The notes under the pieces: generated by a model
Databases searched by the model: none
Told to the model about the DNA's origin: nothing
What the model saw: only the letters and a program-made list of their open reading frames with translations
Assembly (NCBI RefSeq): GCF_006345805.1
Contig: NC_042998.1
Coordinates: forward strand, 97,402,001 to 97,466,000
Reading direction: 5' to 3'
Length of the DNA stretch: 64,000 nucleotides
Source: Octopus sinensis
Lineage: Eukaryota
Program-made: the position numbers and the translations under genes
Shown here: positions 51,827 to 64,000 of the stretch, one piece after another
Layout of the letters: every line of letters begins with the position of its first letter
Position numbering within the stretch: position 1 is the stretch's first letter

Positions 51827-51878
51827 GGACAGCTGCGGACATATGCTATATATTTCTTCATCAGCACAGCTGTTGTCC
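51827..51878 (-). ncRNA. Hammerhead-like motif with 9-bp stem I and damaged stem II
   Basis: Minus: acagctgtg CTGATGA agaaatatatag CATATG TC cgcagctgt. Confidence 0.55.
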
Positions 51879-51908
51879 TACCTTAACTCTGTAGATGTGT
51901 ATATGTAC

Positions 51909-51939
<31 letters not shown>

Positions 51940-52984
51940 TGTATGTATGTATGTATGTATGTATGTATGTATGTATGCATGCATGCATGCATGTATGTAT
52001 GTATGTATGTATGTATGTATGTATATATGTATGTATGTATGTATGTGTGTGTGTATGTATGTATGTGTGTATGTATGTATGCATCTGTCCATATTTCATT
52101 ATTGTTTTAAATGTTTCAGTTCTATTAATCAGTGTACCTTGTTCAAACCAGCTCATATTTAGTGAATACATTAAATAGTAAATGCTAATTACTTTTTTTT
52201 ATGGAAATTGCAATCATTTATACTATAGCATAAATCTCACTTTATAGGGCTTGTGTTAAAACAGAAACTACAATGGTATTTAAACAAAATAGATGTTGCT
52301 AAATCAGGATATTATATAAAGACAACACAGTTATGCTGTAAAAGTATAATATAATCCATGTATTATTTTACAAGCCTTCACATTTTTAATTAATTAGTAA
52401 GCTAAAGAATATTAAGGGTTAAAGCTTATCAGCTCCCATTGAATACTCTCTTCCCTACTTTATTGCCCAGTGACATCTCAACTAGTTGTTGTTGACATCT
52501 GAAGTATATTCGAGCAACTATGCTTTCAAAAAGGGCATTAAAGAACAATAAACAGCAGAGAAAAACCATAAATCATTTCTAAAAATATGAAATATGATAT
52601 TTCTAAACTAATGTAGATAGCAACATCATTATTATTATTTTTATCATCATCATCAGTTTTTTTTTCATTTATTTATTCATTTTTTGGCTATTACAAAAAT
52701 CCTAAAGAGTTTTTTTCCTTTATATCTCAGAGAGAGTTAGACTCTGAAGAGTTTTCACAGCTGTTTTGATTTTTACAAAGATTGCTGATGCCACAATGGC
52801 ACTATGGATATTGTTCCTGCCCTACCCACTCCTCTCTCCCACATACACCATTTCCTCTTTTTCTTTTCTTTTTTCTTTTTTTTTTTTGAGTAAATGTGGA
52901 ATATATTGAAGAGATTCCGAGACATGTTTCATAGTAAATGTTTTATAAATAGGAATAGAAATGAGCAAATCTTTGCTACTTCAG

Positions 52985-53815
52985 TGGAAGCTACTTTGGC
53001 AGAATCATTAGAGCGTTGGAAAAAAATGCTGTGCAGCATTTCTTCTGGTTCTTTATATTCTGAGCTCAAATCTTATTGAGATCATCTTTGCTTTCCATGA
53101 TTTGATGTCAATAAAATAAAATATTGGGATCAATGGTATTGACTAACCCTCTTCCACAAATTTCAAGCTTTGTTTCTATATCAGAAACAATTGTTATTGT
53201 TATTAAGGTGTCAAGCTGGTAGAAACATAAGAACATTGGGAAAAATATCTGCCTTTGTGAATTCAAATCTTGCTGAGGTCAACATGGCCTTTCATTCTTC
53301 CAGGATCAGAAAAATAAAACACTGATCAAGTAACTGACTACATCCATCCGCTCAAACATTACTAGCCTTGTGCACAAATTAGAAACAATTGGATTGTGAA
53401 TTTGGTAAAAGTGTGAAAGCATCAGAAAATATGCCTTGCAGTATTTGTTCACATTCTTTACAATCTGAGTTCAAATCCTGATTGAGGTCAACTTTTCCTC
53501 TCATCCTTTTGGGAGTAGACAAAATAAAGTACCTGTTAAGTACTGGAGGTGTTGGTATCGATTAAACTCTCTCCCCACCCACCCAAATTGACTGGTACAG
53601 TTTCTGTGGTGAGCTGGCAGAGTTGTTAGAGTGTCAAAAGAAATGCTTTGTGATATTTCTTCCAGCTCTATAGATGCTGAGTTCAATTCCCATTAAGGTC
53701 AAATTTGTCTTTCATCTTTTCAAAGTCAAAAATTGTACCAGTCAAGTACTAGGGATGATACTAACAAATTACCTCCTCCCAACAAAATTACTAGTCTTAT
53801 ACCTAAATCAGAAAC

Positions 53816-53860
<45 letters not shown>

Positions 53861-54378
53861 CATAATCATTATTCTGCCGAGGTTGACTTTACTTTTCAGG
53901 GTCAATATAACACTTACCAGTTAAGCACTAGGGTTGATATAACTGACTTAACTCCCACCCTCAAAATTATTGCCTTGTTCCAAAAATTTGAACCTATTGT
54001 TATTATTATTATTATTGTTATCATTATTGTCATTATTATCATCATCATCATTATCATTATTATCATTATTATTATTATTATTGTTGTTGTGGCTATTATC
54101 ATCAACATCATCATCATCATCATTATTATTATTATTATTATTATTATAATTATTATTATTATTATTAAGGCAGTGAGCTGGCAGAATCATTAGTGTGCTG
54201 GACGAAATGGGTAGCAGTATTTCATTTATCGCTATGTTCTAAGTTCAAATCCTGCCTTTCATCCTTTCGGGTTCAATTGAATAAATACCAGTTATGCCTT
54301 GAGGTCAATATAAATTACCTAATCCCCTCCCCCAGGCTGGCCTTGTGGCAAAAATTTGAAATCATCATTATTATTATA

Positions 54379-54423
<45 letters not shown>

Positions 54424-54660
54424 TAAGGTGATGGATTGACAGATCCTTTGGAGTGTTGGACAAAATATTTTGCAGTATTTCTTCCAGCCTTTTGTGTTCT
54501 GAGCTCAAATCACACAGAGGTCAACTTTACCCTTCATCTCTATGGAGTTGATAAAATAAAGTATCAGTCAAGTACTGGGCTCAATGTAATTGACTAGTGA
54601 CCTTCACCACCAAATTTCAGATGGTAAATAATGATGATGATGATGATGATGATGATGATG
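52985..54660 (+). repeat. Head-to-tail array of about 7 diverged SINE B copies separated by (TTA)n/(TCA)n tracts
   Basis: Copy starts near 52985, 53205, 53396, 53605, 53872 (5'-truncated), 54167 and 54425. All share the gagttcaaatc...gaggtcaact...agtactgg core. Confidence 0.8.
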
Positions 54661-57090
54661 TGCCTAAATAATAATTATTGTTGTTGTTGCTCTATTATTA
54701 CTTAAAGGAATAAGAATTGGAACAAAAATTATTGTCTTGGTTAAGGAAAGAGGAAATGATATACGTTTAGTTTTGTGATGGAGAGGGGTGGTGACTCACA
54801 ATAAAACACATTGCAAGATATAATGAATATTTAGCAAGATATAATGAGTATTTAAATCTAAGATGGTCTTACTTAATATATCAAGAAAGAAACTATGAAA
54901 ATATTAAAAAGAAAATTACACTCGTTATTGTCCATATTGTTAAATTAGTCACATTAAATAAGAGTCATTTGAGAAAATGTGTACTAAAATAAGGTAGGGC
55001 AATTCCATTGGCACAATGGGTGTGGTAACTTACAGAAGAGGTTGTGTAATGGGAGCAAAATATAAATAAATAAATAAAGGTAAAACTTTTGTTTCATTTA
55101 TGTCCAAGTTTAGAAAATAGACATTTAGAATTGTTTGATTATTTTTTTTACCATTTTTCTTTTTGAAGGAATTCGTGGAAATTATTGTCAATGTTTGAAA
55201 TGAGATATTGCTTTCCTTTCACTATGTGTACTACCAACTACTTCAAAAATTCTTGCTTTGTTGATTTGATCTCTCTTCTTCTTTTTCACTCTTTCTTTCC
55301 CCTTCTTGCTCCCTTCCTCTCTACCCCCTTCTCTCTCTCTCTCCATTTTTGTTCTCTAGCTCTTATCTCTCGTTCTCTTTGTGTAACACTGTATGTTAAA
55401 CAGTTTGATGCTGATGTGCTGCTCATATCTTCTTATAGCTTGTCATTAAAACAGAAAAGAGTTGAGTTTTTTTGTCATTATTTTCATCTTTTTTTTTATC
55501 CAAGGTCCCACATATTGTTGTCTGGTGGGCTAATGTAGCTAAGTAATGAGGAATTGTCTATGAAGTTGTTCAGACACATATACAAAAGAACTGAATCACA
55601 TTATTTACTGTTTATCAAAATTCTAATCATAGTTCCTTTTACATTATTCCTTGTATTGCTTTATATAAAATCACTGTTGCCATGTTATATAGTCCACTGT
55701 ATATCTATTGTAGCCCCTGAATCAAGCAGTGATTTAGAATAATTAGTAAATTATATAATGAACCAAGGGACCTTAATTAATAATTATACCTTTAATGAGA
55801 GGAATGAATCATTATCTTAATGACTGGGAAAGGCGGTGACCTGGCAGAATCATTAGAGCATTGGCAGAATTAGAACAGTATTTGATCCAGCTCTTTACAT
55901 TCTGAGTTCAAATCCTGCCAGTGCCAACTTTACTTTTCATCCATATGGGGTTGATAAAATAAAGCACCTATCAAGTAATGGGTTGATTTAATTGAATAAT
56001 TTTGTCTCCCCCGCCTACTATCACCACAAAATTCAGTCTATGTGCTTATATTAGGAAGAATTATCTTAATGGTGAGCTCTGATCCAGAAAGGCAGCAGGG
56101 ATTAAGTCTGATCTTTGATAGTACAGTGTCAATTCCTGACATGATTCAGTGTTATTAGCCCTCCTTAGTGACAGTGTTAAGGTTAGGGTGTGTGTGTGTG
56201 TGCGTGTGTGTGTGTGTGGTTGTACAAAAGCTGGCTCCTCCATCTCTGCTCTTGTAGATTTTTTTCCCTACTGGTATCTATAGTGAAAGCAGTGGTGAAA
56301 GTTCAGTTAAAGGTGATGAAGTTAGACATTTTCTTCTTCAAAAACACTTGACTTCTTTACAAAATATTTCACAAAAAGGAAAGTGATGGTTGAAAGACAG
56401 AAGCCAACTATCCAGATCTGTCGTATAAGAAAGAAGCATGTGTATAAATATGACTGAATGCGCTGTGTGGGCTAAAGAGGTATATAGTCCTACCCTTCAA
56501 TTTTATCCAAAGCCTGCAGCAAAGAAAAAGTATTCATTTAAGGCAGAGTATGGCTTTGGATGAAGAATTCAAAGGCCTGCCTTAAGTGATCATCTAAAAT
56601 TGCATTTCTATACAGGATTTGCTTATTTTTGTATATAAGCAATTACTTATGCTGTTGGAGGCCACTTTTACTAATAACCACTCAGCTGTGAAATGGGAGT
56701 GGAACCTGCTTTTTTGTTTTGTTAACTTATCAGACATGCAGATAGAGCAATCAAAGAGGCACAGCACAATGAAGAAAAAGTAAACAACTCTGAAGATTTG
56801 AAAAGCTTTTAATGGAAGCTACTTATCTTTGGTTTCATGACATTAAACAAATAAGATAAGCCCATCCTTAGATAAGATGTCAGCCATAATATGGGTAAGA
56901 TTCCCCAAAAGATCTGCTACCTATTTACTGATAGCAAAGTTTAAGTGAGGCAATGTAGAATATTGTCTTATACTTGAAAACACAGTGAAATGTCGTCTGT
57001 AGATTTGGACTTGTTATAAGTGTGGCCAGTAGAGCAGGACTTTAACTGTAGAATCATGTTCCTTCTATTTAATTTGCCAATAAAAGTAAA

Positions 57091-57314
57091 AGGCACAGGC
57101 ATGGCTGTGAGGTTAAGAAGCTCACTTTGCAACTATGTGGTTTCAGGTTCAGTCTTACTGCACAGTATTTTGGGGAAGTGACTTCTACTATAGCTTCAGG
57201 CAGACCAATGTCTTGTGAGTGAATATGATTGACAGAAACTGTGTAGAAGCCCATCATGTACACACACACACACACATGTATATATATTTATATATTGGTA
57301 TGTATGTATGGATA

Positions 57315-57374
<60 letters not shown>

Positions 57375-57451
57375 CATACATACATACATACATACATACA
57401 TACATACATACATACATACATACATACATAGATGATAGATATGTATGAATG

Positions 57452-57524
<73 letters not shown>

Positions 57525-57735
57525 GGTATGTATGTATGTATGTATGTACGTGCATGTGTCTGTGTTTGTTCATCATATTGGTTTGTTTACATTCCTGTAA
57601 TTCAGTGGTTCAGCAAATGAATTTGATAGAATAAGTACCAGATTTATGAAAATAAATCCTGGAGTCAATTTGTTTAACTAACCCCTTTAAGGCAATGTCA
57701 CAGAATGGCCACAGTTGAATGACTGCAACAAGTCA
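57091..57735 (+). mobile_element. SINE family A copy with expanded compound microsatellite
   Basis: Family head at 57091 and tail at 57700-57735. (TA)n, (TAGA)n and (TACA)n in the centre. Confidence 0.75.
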
Positions 57736-58322
57736 TGGTTGTGTGGTAAGGAGCTTGCTTCCCAGCCACTTGGTTCTTGGTTCAGTCTCACTGTGTGGAA
57801 CCTTGGGAAAGTAGTTTCTACTATAGCTTTAGGCCAACCAAAGCCTTGAAAAGAGTACCAGCTGTCTGCTGGTGCAGTTCTCTCCTCTTCCCCTCCTCCT
57901 TTCAGTTGTCACATTTTCATTGTTCTATAAAGTCAAGAATGGAAGGGCTGAGAGGATGTCTATGTCTGCTCCTTGAGACTACATAGGCACCTAAAACATT
58001 AGCAAAAGCAAAGTACTTACTATCAGGTCATACTCGTTTGTGAGTGATAATAAGGCATTTAATTAACCATGCTGCCATTTAGTACACCATTATGTAAATT
58101 AGATTGAGGAAATAGATATTGGTTTTCTAAAAAGAATCAAAAGCAGCCAGAATGACTATTAGGTAGATATTTGTTTACATTTCACAGCTAGGCTAAAATA
58201 AAACTGTATTGTCAAAAGTACACCTCCTAAAGTACATTTGATTACACACATAAACACACATACCCACATGCATACATGCACCCATACACACACACATACA
58301 CACACACACACATATATGTATG

Positions 58323-58391
<69 letters not shown>

Positions 58392-58925
58392 CTATGAATA
58401 TTTGTGTTACATTCCAGTTCTCTGTTTACTTGATTAATTATTTGATAGTTTTGTACTAGTCTGATTTGGTTGTTCCTGTGGGAAATAATAATAATAATAA
58501 TAATACTTATTTTATCGACCCTGAAAAGATGAAAGGCAAAGTCGACCTTGGCAACATTTGAACTCAAAACATAAGGAGCCTGAAGAAATGCAATAAAGCA
58601 TTTTCTTGCTGTAATTGATTTACCCACTCCTCCCAACTACAAGCCATTTATCTTGCACTCTCATTGCACCATCAAGTCCTAACACAGTTCTATGGGCCTT
58701 GAGCAGTATTTTGTTTTGATTTTGTACTGACTACTGTATTAAATGCACTCTACATAATGTGTACAGTATCTTCTAATGTTATTTTGTGTATGTTGTGCAT
58801 ATCTGTAACTCCGAGCATTTGGATTATCTATTTGTCTGTATCTGTTTTAATCATTCTTACTAATACTATTATTGAGAATGATTCTGCTTTCAGCCACCAT
58901 ATTCAGCTTATTTTATTTTCACATT

Positions 58926-59140
58926 TCTTTTCTTTTCTTTCATTTATTTGTTTCAGTCATTTGACTGTGGCCATGCTGGAGCACCGCCTTTAGTCGAACA
59001 AGTCAACCCCAGTACTTATTCTTTGTAAGCCTAGTACTTATTCTATCGGTCTCTTTTGCCGAGCCGCTAAGTTACGGGGATATGAACACACCAGCATTGG
59101 TTGTCAAGTGATGGTGGGGAGGGACAAACACAGATGCACA

Positions 59141-59174
<34 letters not shown>

Positions 59175-59181
59175 TACACAT

Positions 59182-59234
<53 letters not shown>

Positions 59235-59390
59235 CAACAGGCTTCTTTCAGTTTCTGTCTACCAAATCCACATACAAGGCTTTGGTCGGCCCGAGGCTAT
59301 AGTAGAAGACACTTGCTCAAGGTGCCATGCAGTGGAACTAAACCCAGAACCATGCGGCTGGTAAGCAAGTTACTACCCACACAGCCACTC
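58926..59390 (-). mobile_element. SINE family A copy
   Basis: Reverse complement of the family consensus with a (CA)n centre. Confidence 0.85.
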
Positions 59391-61284
59391 TTTTATCTTT
59401 CACTTTTTTCAATCATTAGACTGCAGCTATACTGGGACACTGCCTTAAAGGATTTAACAAAATAAATCACCTCCAGTACTTATTCTCTAGTAGCTATTCT
59501 ATCAGTCACTTTTGTGAAACTTCTGCTGGTCACAATGTGCTTTCAATTCTTTCTTGATTTCACCTTGCTTTTCCATCTTGGCTCAAATCATTTAATTAAA
59601 TTGAATCATCTTCTCATTATCAAAGAGACATTCAGAGAGGTTTTTTTCCAATCCAATTGTCTGTGAACCTTGCAACATGTCCAACCCAGTGGAATTTGTG
59701 CTTCCTATCCTGAAATCACAATATTCCACTCAACTTTGTTCAAATTATCTCATTTCAGATATGCTCTGACAATGATATTCCTGACATAGATCTTTATTAA
59801 CCTAACCATAATAAATTCCAAGTCTTACATTCCTCCATTATTCTATCCACTTACTCCTTCATTAAAATGATATACCACCAATACAATAGCTGTTACTCAC
59901 CAAATTGAACTTATACTTCATATTCTTTTACTGTTAGTCTTTTGAAGTCAAACTTTAAGTTACTTACAGTCCAGAACTATTGAAATCATTATGAGAAAAT
60001 GCCTGTCCCATAGTTCATAATAAATGGTCAGTTGTAACATTCCTTTATTTTTTGAATGATGTTGACATAGTTAACATAGATGTTGTTGATGTTGTTGGGA
60101 TCCAAATCAACCTTAATGAAGCAGACCTATTATTAAAACCATTCCAGCTATGAGCATCTCATCCTTTTAGAGGAATCTAGGACCCCATTATCTAATCCTT
60201 TTCTTTTTATAGGATTGCAAGGAGTGACATGAGGATTTGGTTACTATCTCCAGCAAATTGGACAGCCATGTAGAGTTTCCTCATTAGCTCATTCATTAAC
60301 ATGCGACTATCGAACATAGTCACACATGCAATTTTTGAATAAGAATCAGTTTGGCTGTAAGATTCCTTTTTTCAACAATTTCTCACTGAATCACAGTTTG
60401 ACTGTAAGATTCCTTTTTCAACAGTTTCTCACTGCCCCACCATTCTTTCATAATGGAGTGTATAATGACTGTAGTACTTAAGATAATAGAATAATATGAT
60501 TTCAAACCTTTAGAAAATGAAGATGACTAAAGTGATGCAAAAAAAAGGAAGAGATGGGAAGAAGAGAAGACCATTATGGCTTCCCTTTTCTCTTATCTAT
60601 CATGTATAACTTCCTGTCTGACCTCAATCCTGTTCTCACTGCCATTTTACTTCATCATGCAAACTACACATATACTAGTTCATAGAACCCTAAATCTTCC
60701 CATTTATTACAATTTCTTTTGTTGCTAACCACTCTGAAGTTTTAATGCAACAGATGTCTACATGTCTTCATGGAAGGGTGTGTGTCTAGATGATGATAAT
60801 GAAGTTCAAGATGGTCTGCTGTAAGAACAGTTAATTTTTTTCTTTTTCAGTTCTTTTTTTTTTTAACAAATCATATAATAACAACCAGATTCAACATTGA
60901 AGCTTATTTTACTTTGTTAGATCTTGAAGAAATTGAAATTATTGCCATCTGAATGAAAAAGAAAAAAGGAGCTCTGTGTGATGTGCATGTGAGGCCCAAA
61001 GTAGTGCTTACAACCTAATTGCTCATGATAACCCAAAACAAAAAAAAATACAAAAACAAAAAACTTTAAAAGAAATTAATAGATGTTATTTTCTCATTTA
61101 GTTCCTTGTTTCTGCTGAAGTTTGATTTTTTTATTTTTAATCCTCTTTACATAAGCTTCTTTGTTAGCAATTTTTCTATTCAACATTTCAACAACTTATT
61201 TAATAAAAGGGGCAATGTGTTAAATAAAGAGAAAAGGATGATGATAAATCATTGGCTACAAATAGATATGTATGTATGCATGTT

Positions 61285-61317
<33 letters not shown>

Positions 61318-61864
61318 CTCTGTCTGTCTATCTGTCTGTCTGTCTGTATGTATGTATGTATGTATGTATGTATGTATGTATGTATGTATGTATGTATAGA
61401 CACACACATAGATAAATAGAATCAAATATATGATCTTGCTAAATAAAGATGAGTTGATAATATAATTTCAAATTTTGGCACAAGGCCAGTAACTTCAGAT
61501 GGGGGGGGGGATAAGTCGATTTTCTCGACCCCAGTATTCAACTGGTACTTATTTTATTGACCCTGAAAAGATGAAAGGTAAAGTCGACCTCAGAGGAATT
61601 TGGACTCAGAATATATAGATGGATGAGATGCTGCTAAGTATTTTGCCAGGTGTGCTAACGATTCTACCAGCTCACCACCTTAGTTGATGATATAAAATTA
61701 GCTGTAGATTATCATGGATATAGATGTGTGTGTATATATCAGTGTGTGTGAAATCCAAGCTCATTTGGTTAAGGCTTCTAATTTTGGTACTTCAAGTTAT
61801 GATCCTGTTAAATCTTCCACTCCATGCAAGCATGGAAAATGGATGTTGAATGCTGATGTTGATT

Positions 61865-62940
61865 ATGTATATACACACCATTTGTCAACAAGTGAAATAT
61901 ATCTTCCATGGCAAAATGCAGTGAGTAGCTTGTTCCCCAGTTCGAACATGCATCAAACATATTCAGACTGATAATTGCAATTTCACTAATTTCACATTGC
62001 AATTTCACTTATCACTGCTTAGAACTCCCCCTCTGTAATTTCCATACAGGGAGCCGCCATATAGCACTGCCACTCATCATACAGTGACTAAGAAAAACAT
62101 AAGAGAGATAATCTCTTAATTCAGCTCGCAGTGCCCTGCTTGGTGTCTGTTACCGATGAGGAGACAACTACTCCGAAATTTTAACATCTGACAGTCTAGG
62201 TCAGTGATTCCCAACATGGGGTATATGCCCCACCGGTGGGGCTTGGGAAATTTGTAATGGGGCATGGGATCCAAAGTTACTTTTTTTTTTTAAGTGGAAC
62301 ATGGAATTGTGAAAATCTTTTTTTCACAGCAAACATACTACACCTATACTCAGCTTAACCGAACCAATCCCTCCAGTCAAGCATACTGTGTGAAAACTGT
62401 TTGCTACAGCATAGTGCTGTTCTAATGCTACACCTGAAGCAAACAAAATTTGTCTCCTCAAATCAAGGAAATCTGCCATAGTCACCAAGCACAAGGTTCT
62501 CAATAAAGAAATTTACTTTTTTTTCTTAGTCAATAATGTACTCTTTTTTGGTTCTCAGTACTTATTGGTAGATTCTTTTGTATCAAATAACTGTGATAAA
62601 ATATTAAAAATAAAATTTCTTTTTCCAACCACCAGTGGGGCATGCGTTTTCTGGAAAACTATAGTGGGGCCTGGGGGAAAATAGGTTGGGAAACACTGGT
62701 CTAGATAGTTGGCACTGCAAGCTGATCTACGTGTATACACACCATTTCTCAACAAGCAAGACATATTCCTCCTGACAAAACACAGTGAGTAGCTTGTTCC
62801 CCAGTTCGAACATGCATCAAACATATTCGGACTGATAACAACAATACAATTTCATTTATCACTGCATAGTGCTCTCCTTCCATAATTTACTTATGGTGAG
62901 CCACCGTCTGGCACTGCCAGTCAAGCATATTCAGACTGAT
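61865..62940 (+). repeat. Two direct copies of a ~200-bp unit (61865-62060, 62720-62925) separated by a hAT insertion
   Basis: cagtgagtagcttgttccccagttcgaacatgcatcaaacatattc is identical at about 61918 and 62784. Confidence 0.85.
62202..62698. mobile_element. hAT (Charlie-like) element
   Basis: TIR cagtgattcccaac / gttgggaaacactg and TSD gtctaggt / gtctagat, matching the NTCTAGAN Charlie target. Confidence 0.85.
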
Positions 62941-63004
62941 ATAACACACTATAGAGTTCCTCCTTTTCTCTTTCTGCAAATCAAACATAGCCAAACTTCT
63001 TCTT

Positions 63005-63285
63005 CTTCATCATCATCATCGTTTAACGTCCACTTTCCATGCTAGCATGGGTTGGACGATTTGACTGGAGACTGGTGAACTAGATGGCTGCACCAGGCTC
63101 CAATCTGATCTGGCAGAGTTTCTAATGCCAACCACTCTGAGAGTGTAGTGGGTGCTTTTACATGCCACTGGCATGAGGGTCAGTCAGGCGGTACTAGCAA
63201 TGGCCACGCTCAGATGGTGTTTTTACATGCCACCTGCACAGGAGCCAGTCCAGCAGCACTGGCGACGACCTTGCTCGAATGTTTT
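63005..63285 (-). mobile_element. RTE-like family copy
   Basis: Same sequence family as 7720-8372. Confidence 0.75.
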
Positions 63286-64000
63286 TTTTTTTTTGGTTGG
63301 TAATAATGTTTAATTTCTTTCCTCCAAATTAAAACTTTTATCTTTTACTCTTTTGATGCCAGTTCTTGCTTCTATGTTTGGTATTTTACCCCTACTTCAA
63401 ATAATTTAGCTATAAAACTAGATTGTCATCAAACAAGTGTTCATGGCCAACCAGTGTTGAATTCATCTGTTATGGCCTAGAAAACTATAATAAACAGAAG
63501 GGAGCTTAAGACTGAACCCTGATGGACACTTACACATATGCTAAACTCCTTATTGAATTAGTGCATAGTGTATATCTAGGATTACATTATCCGGTATGTC
63601 TTTTATCTTTTTTTAAGATGGCACAGTGAAATACAAGAGAGAGATTTGGCTGCAGTTTTTAGCAGACTGAGTAACCTTGTAGAGGTTTCTTCATAGGTTC
63701 ATTGTATGTGCGTATAAGCAGATACATAATCTTTTCCCTTTTCTATCATAATAAATAACCTTATCATGATAATTTGCACTAGAAGCATCTTTTTAGCATT
63801 TTTCTTTCCATGTTGGCATAGATTAGATAAGTTTGTAATGAATCATCTCCTGCTTCTCAGTTTGTGCCAATTACCCATCTACAACCACCACCACCATCAT
63901 TCTTTCTTTGCACATATAACATAAGCATTAATTGTTTATTCTTTATTTTACAGATTTGATAATGAGGGGAGAAAAAATTGCAATTAGAACCATTTTACGC

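Noticed and set aside
52985-54660. CRISPR-like or satellite array
   Set aside because: The units are ~200-bp diverged copies of a dispersed SINE, and the context is eukaryotic with no cas genes.

Overview
AT-rich, repeat-dense eukaryotic DNA. The SINE and microsatellite landscape points to a coleoid cephalopod, probably Octopus (inference). The only host gene I can support is a hemicentin (HMCN1-like) on the minus strand: four internal exons (45812-45934, 21261-21432, 19757-19981, 7385-7569) with GT-AG boundaries and matching phases splice into one 235-codon frame covering the end of the VWA domain and the following hemicentin-specific region. The neighbouring exons were not found and are presumed outside the window. 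Everything else is intron packed with transposons (mariner/Tc1/maT, hAT, piggyBac-type MITEs, Helitron, Penelope-like Neptune and Naiad, CRE, R4/Dong-like, RTE-like, tRNA-derived SINEs) and microsatellites. Nearly all ORFs in the supplied track are microsatellite or TE artefacts. The best leads are: (1) a set of hammerhead-ribozyme motifs, one with a complete catalytic core at 38438-38519, mostly on the pre-mRNA strand; (2) a sharp CpG-rich/CpG-depleted boundary near 5.6-6 kb inside an intron; (3) several long inverted repeats, including a Tc1 foldback built from two 3' ends; (4) a head-to-tail array of about 7 SINEs. All were found by eye, and none is shown to be a new system without the checks listed.
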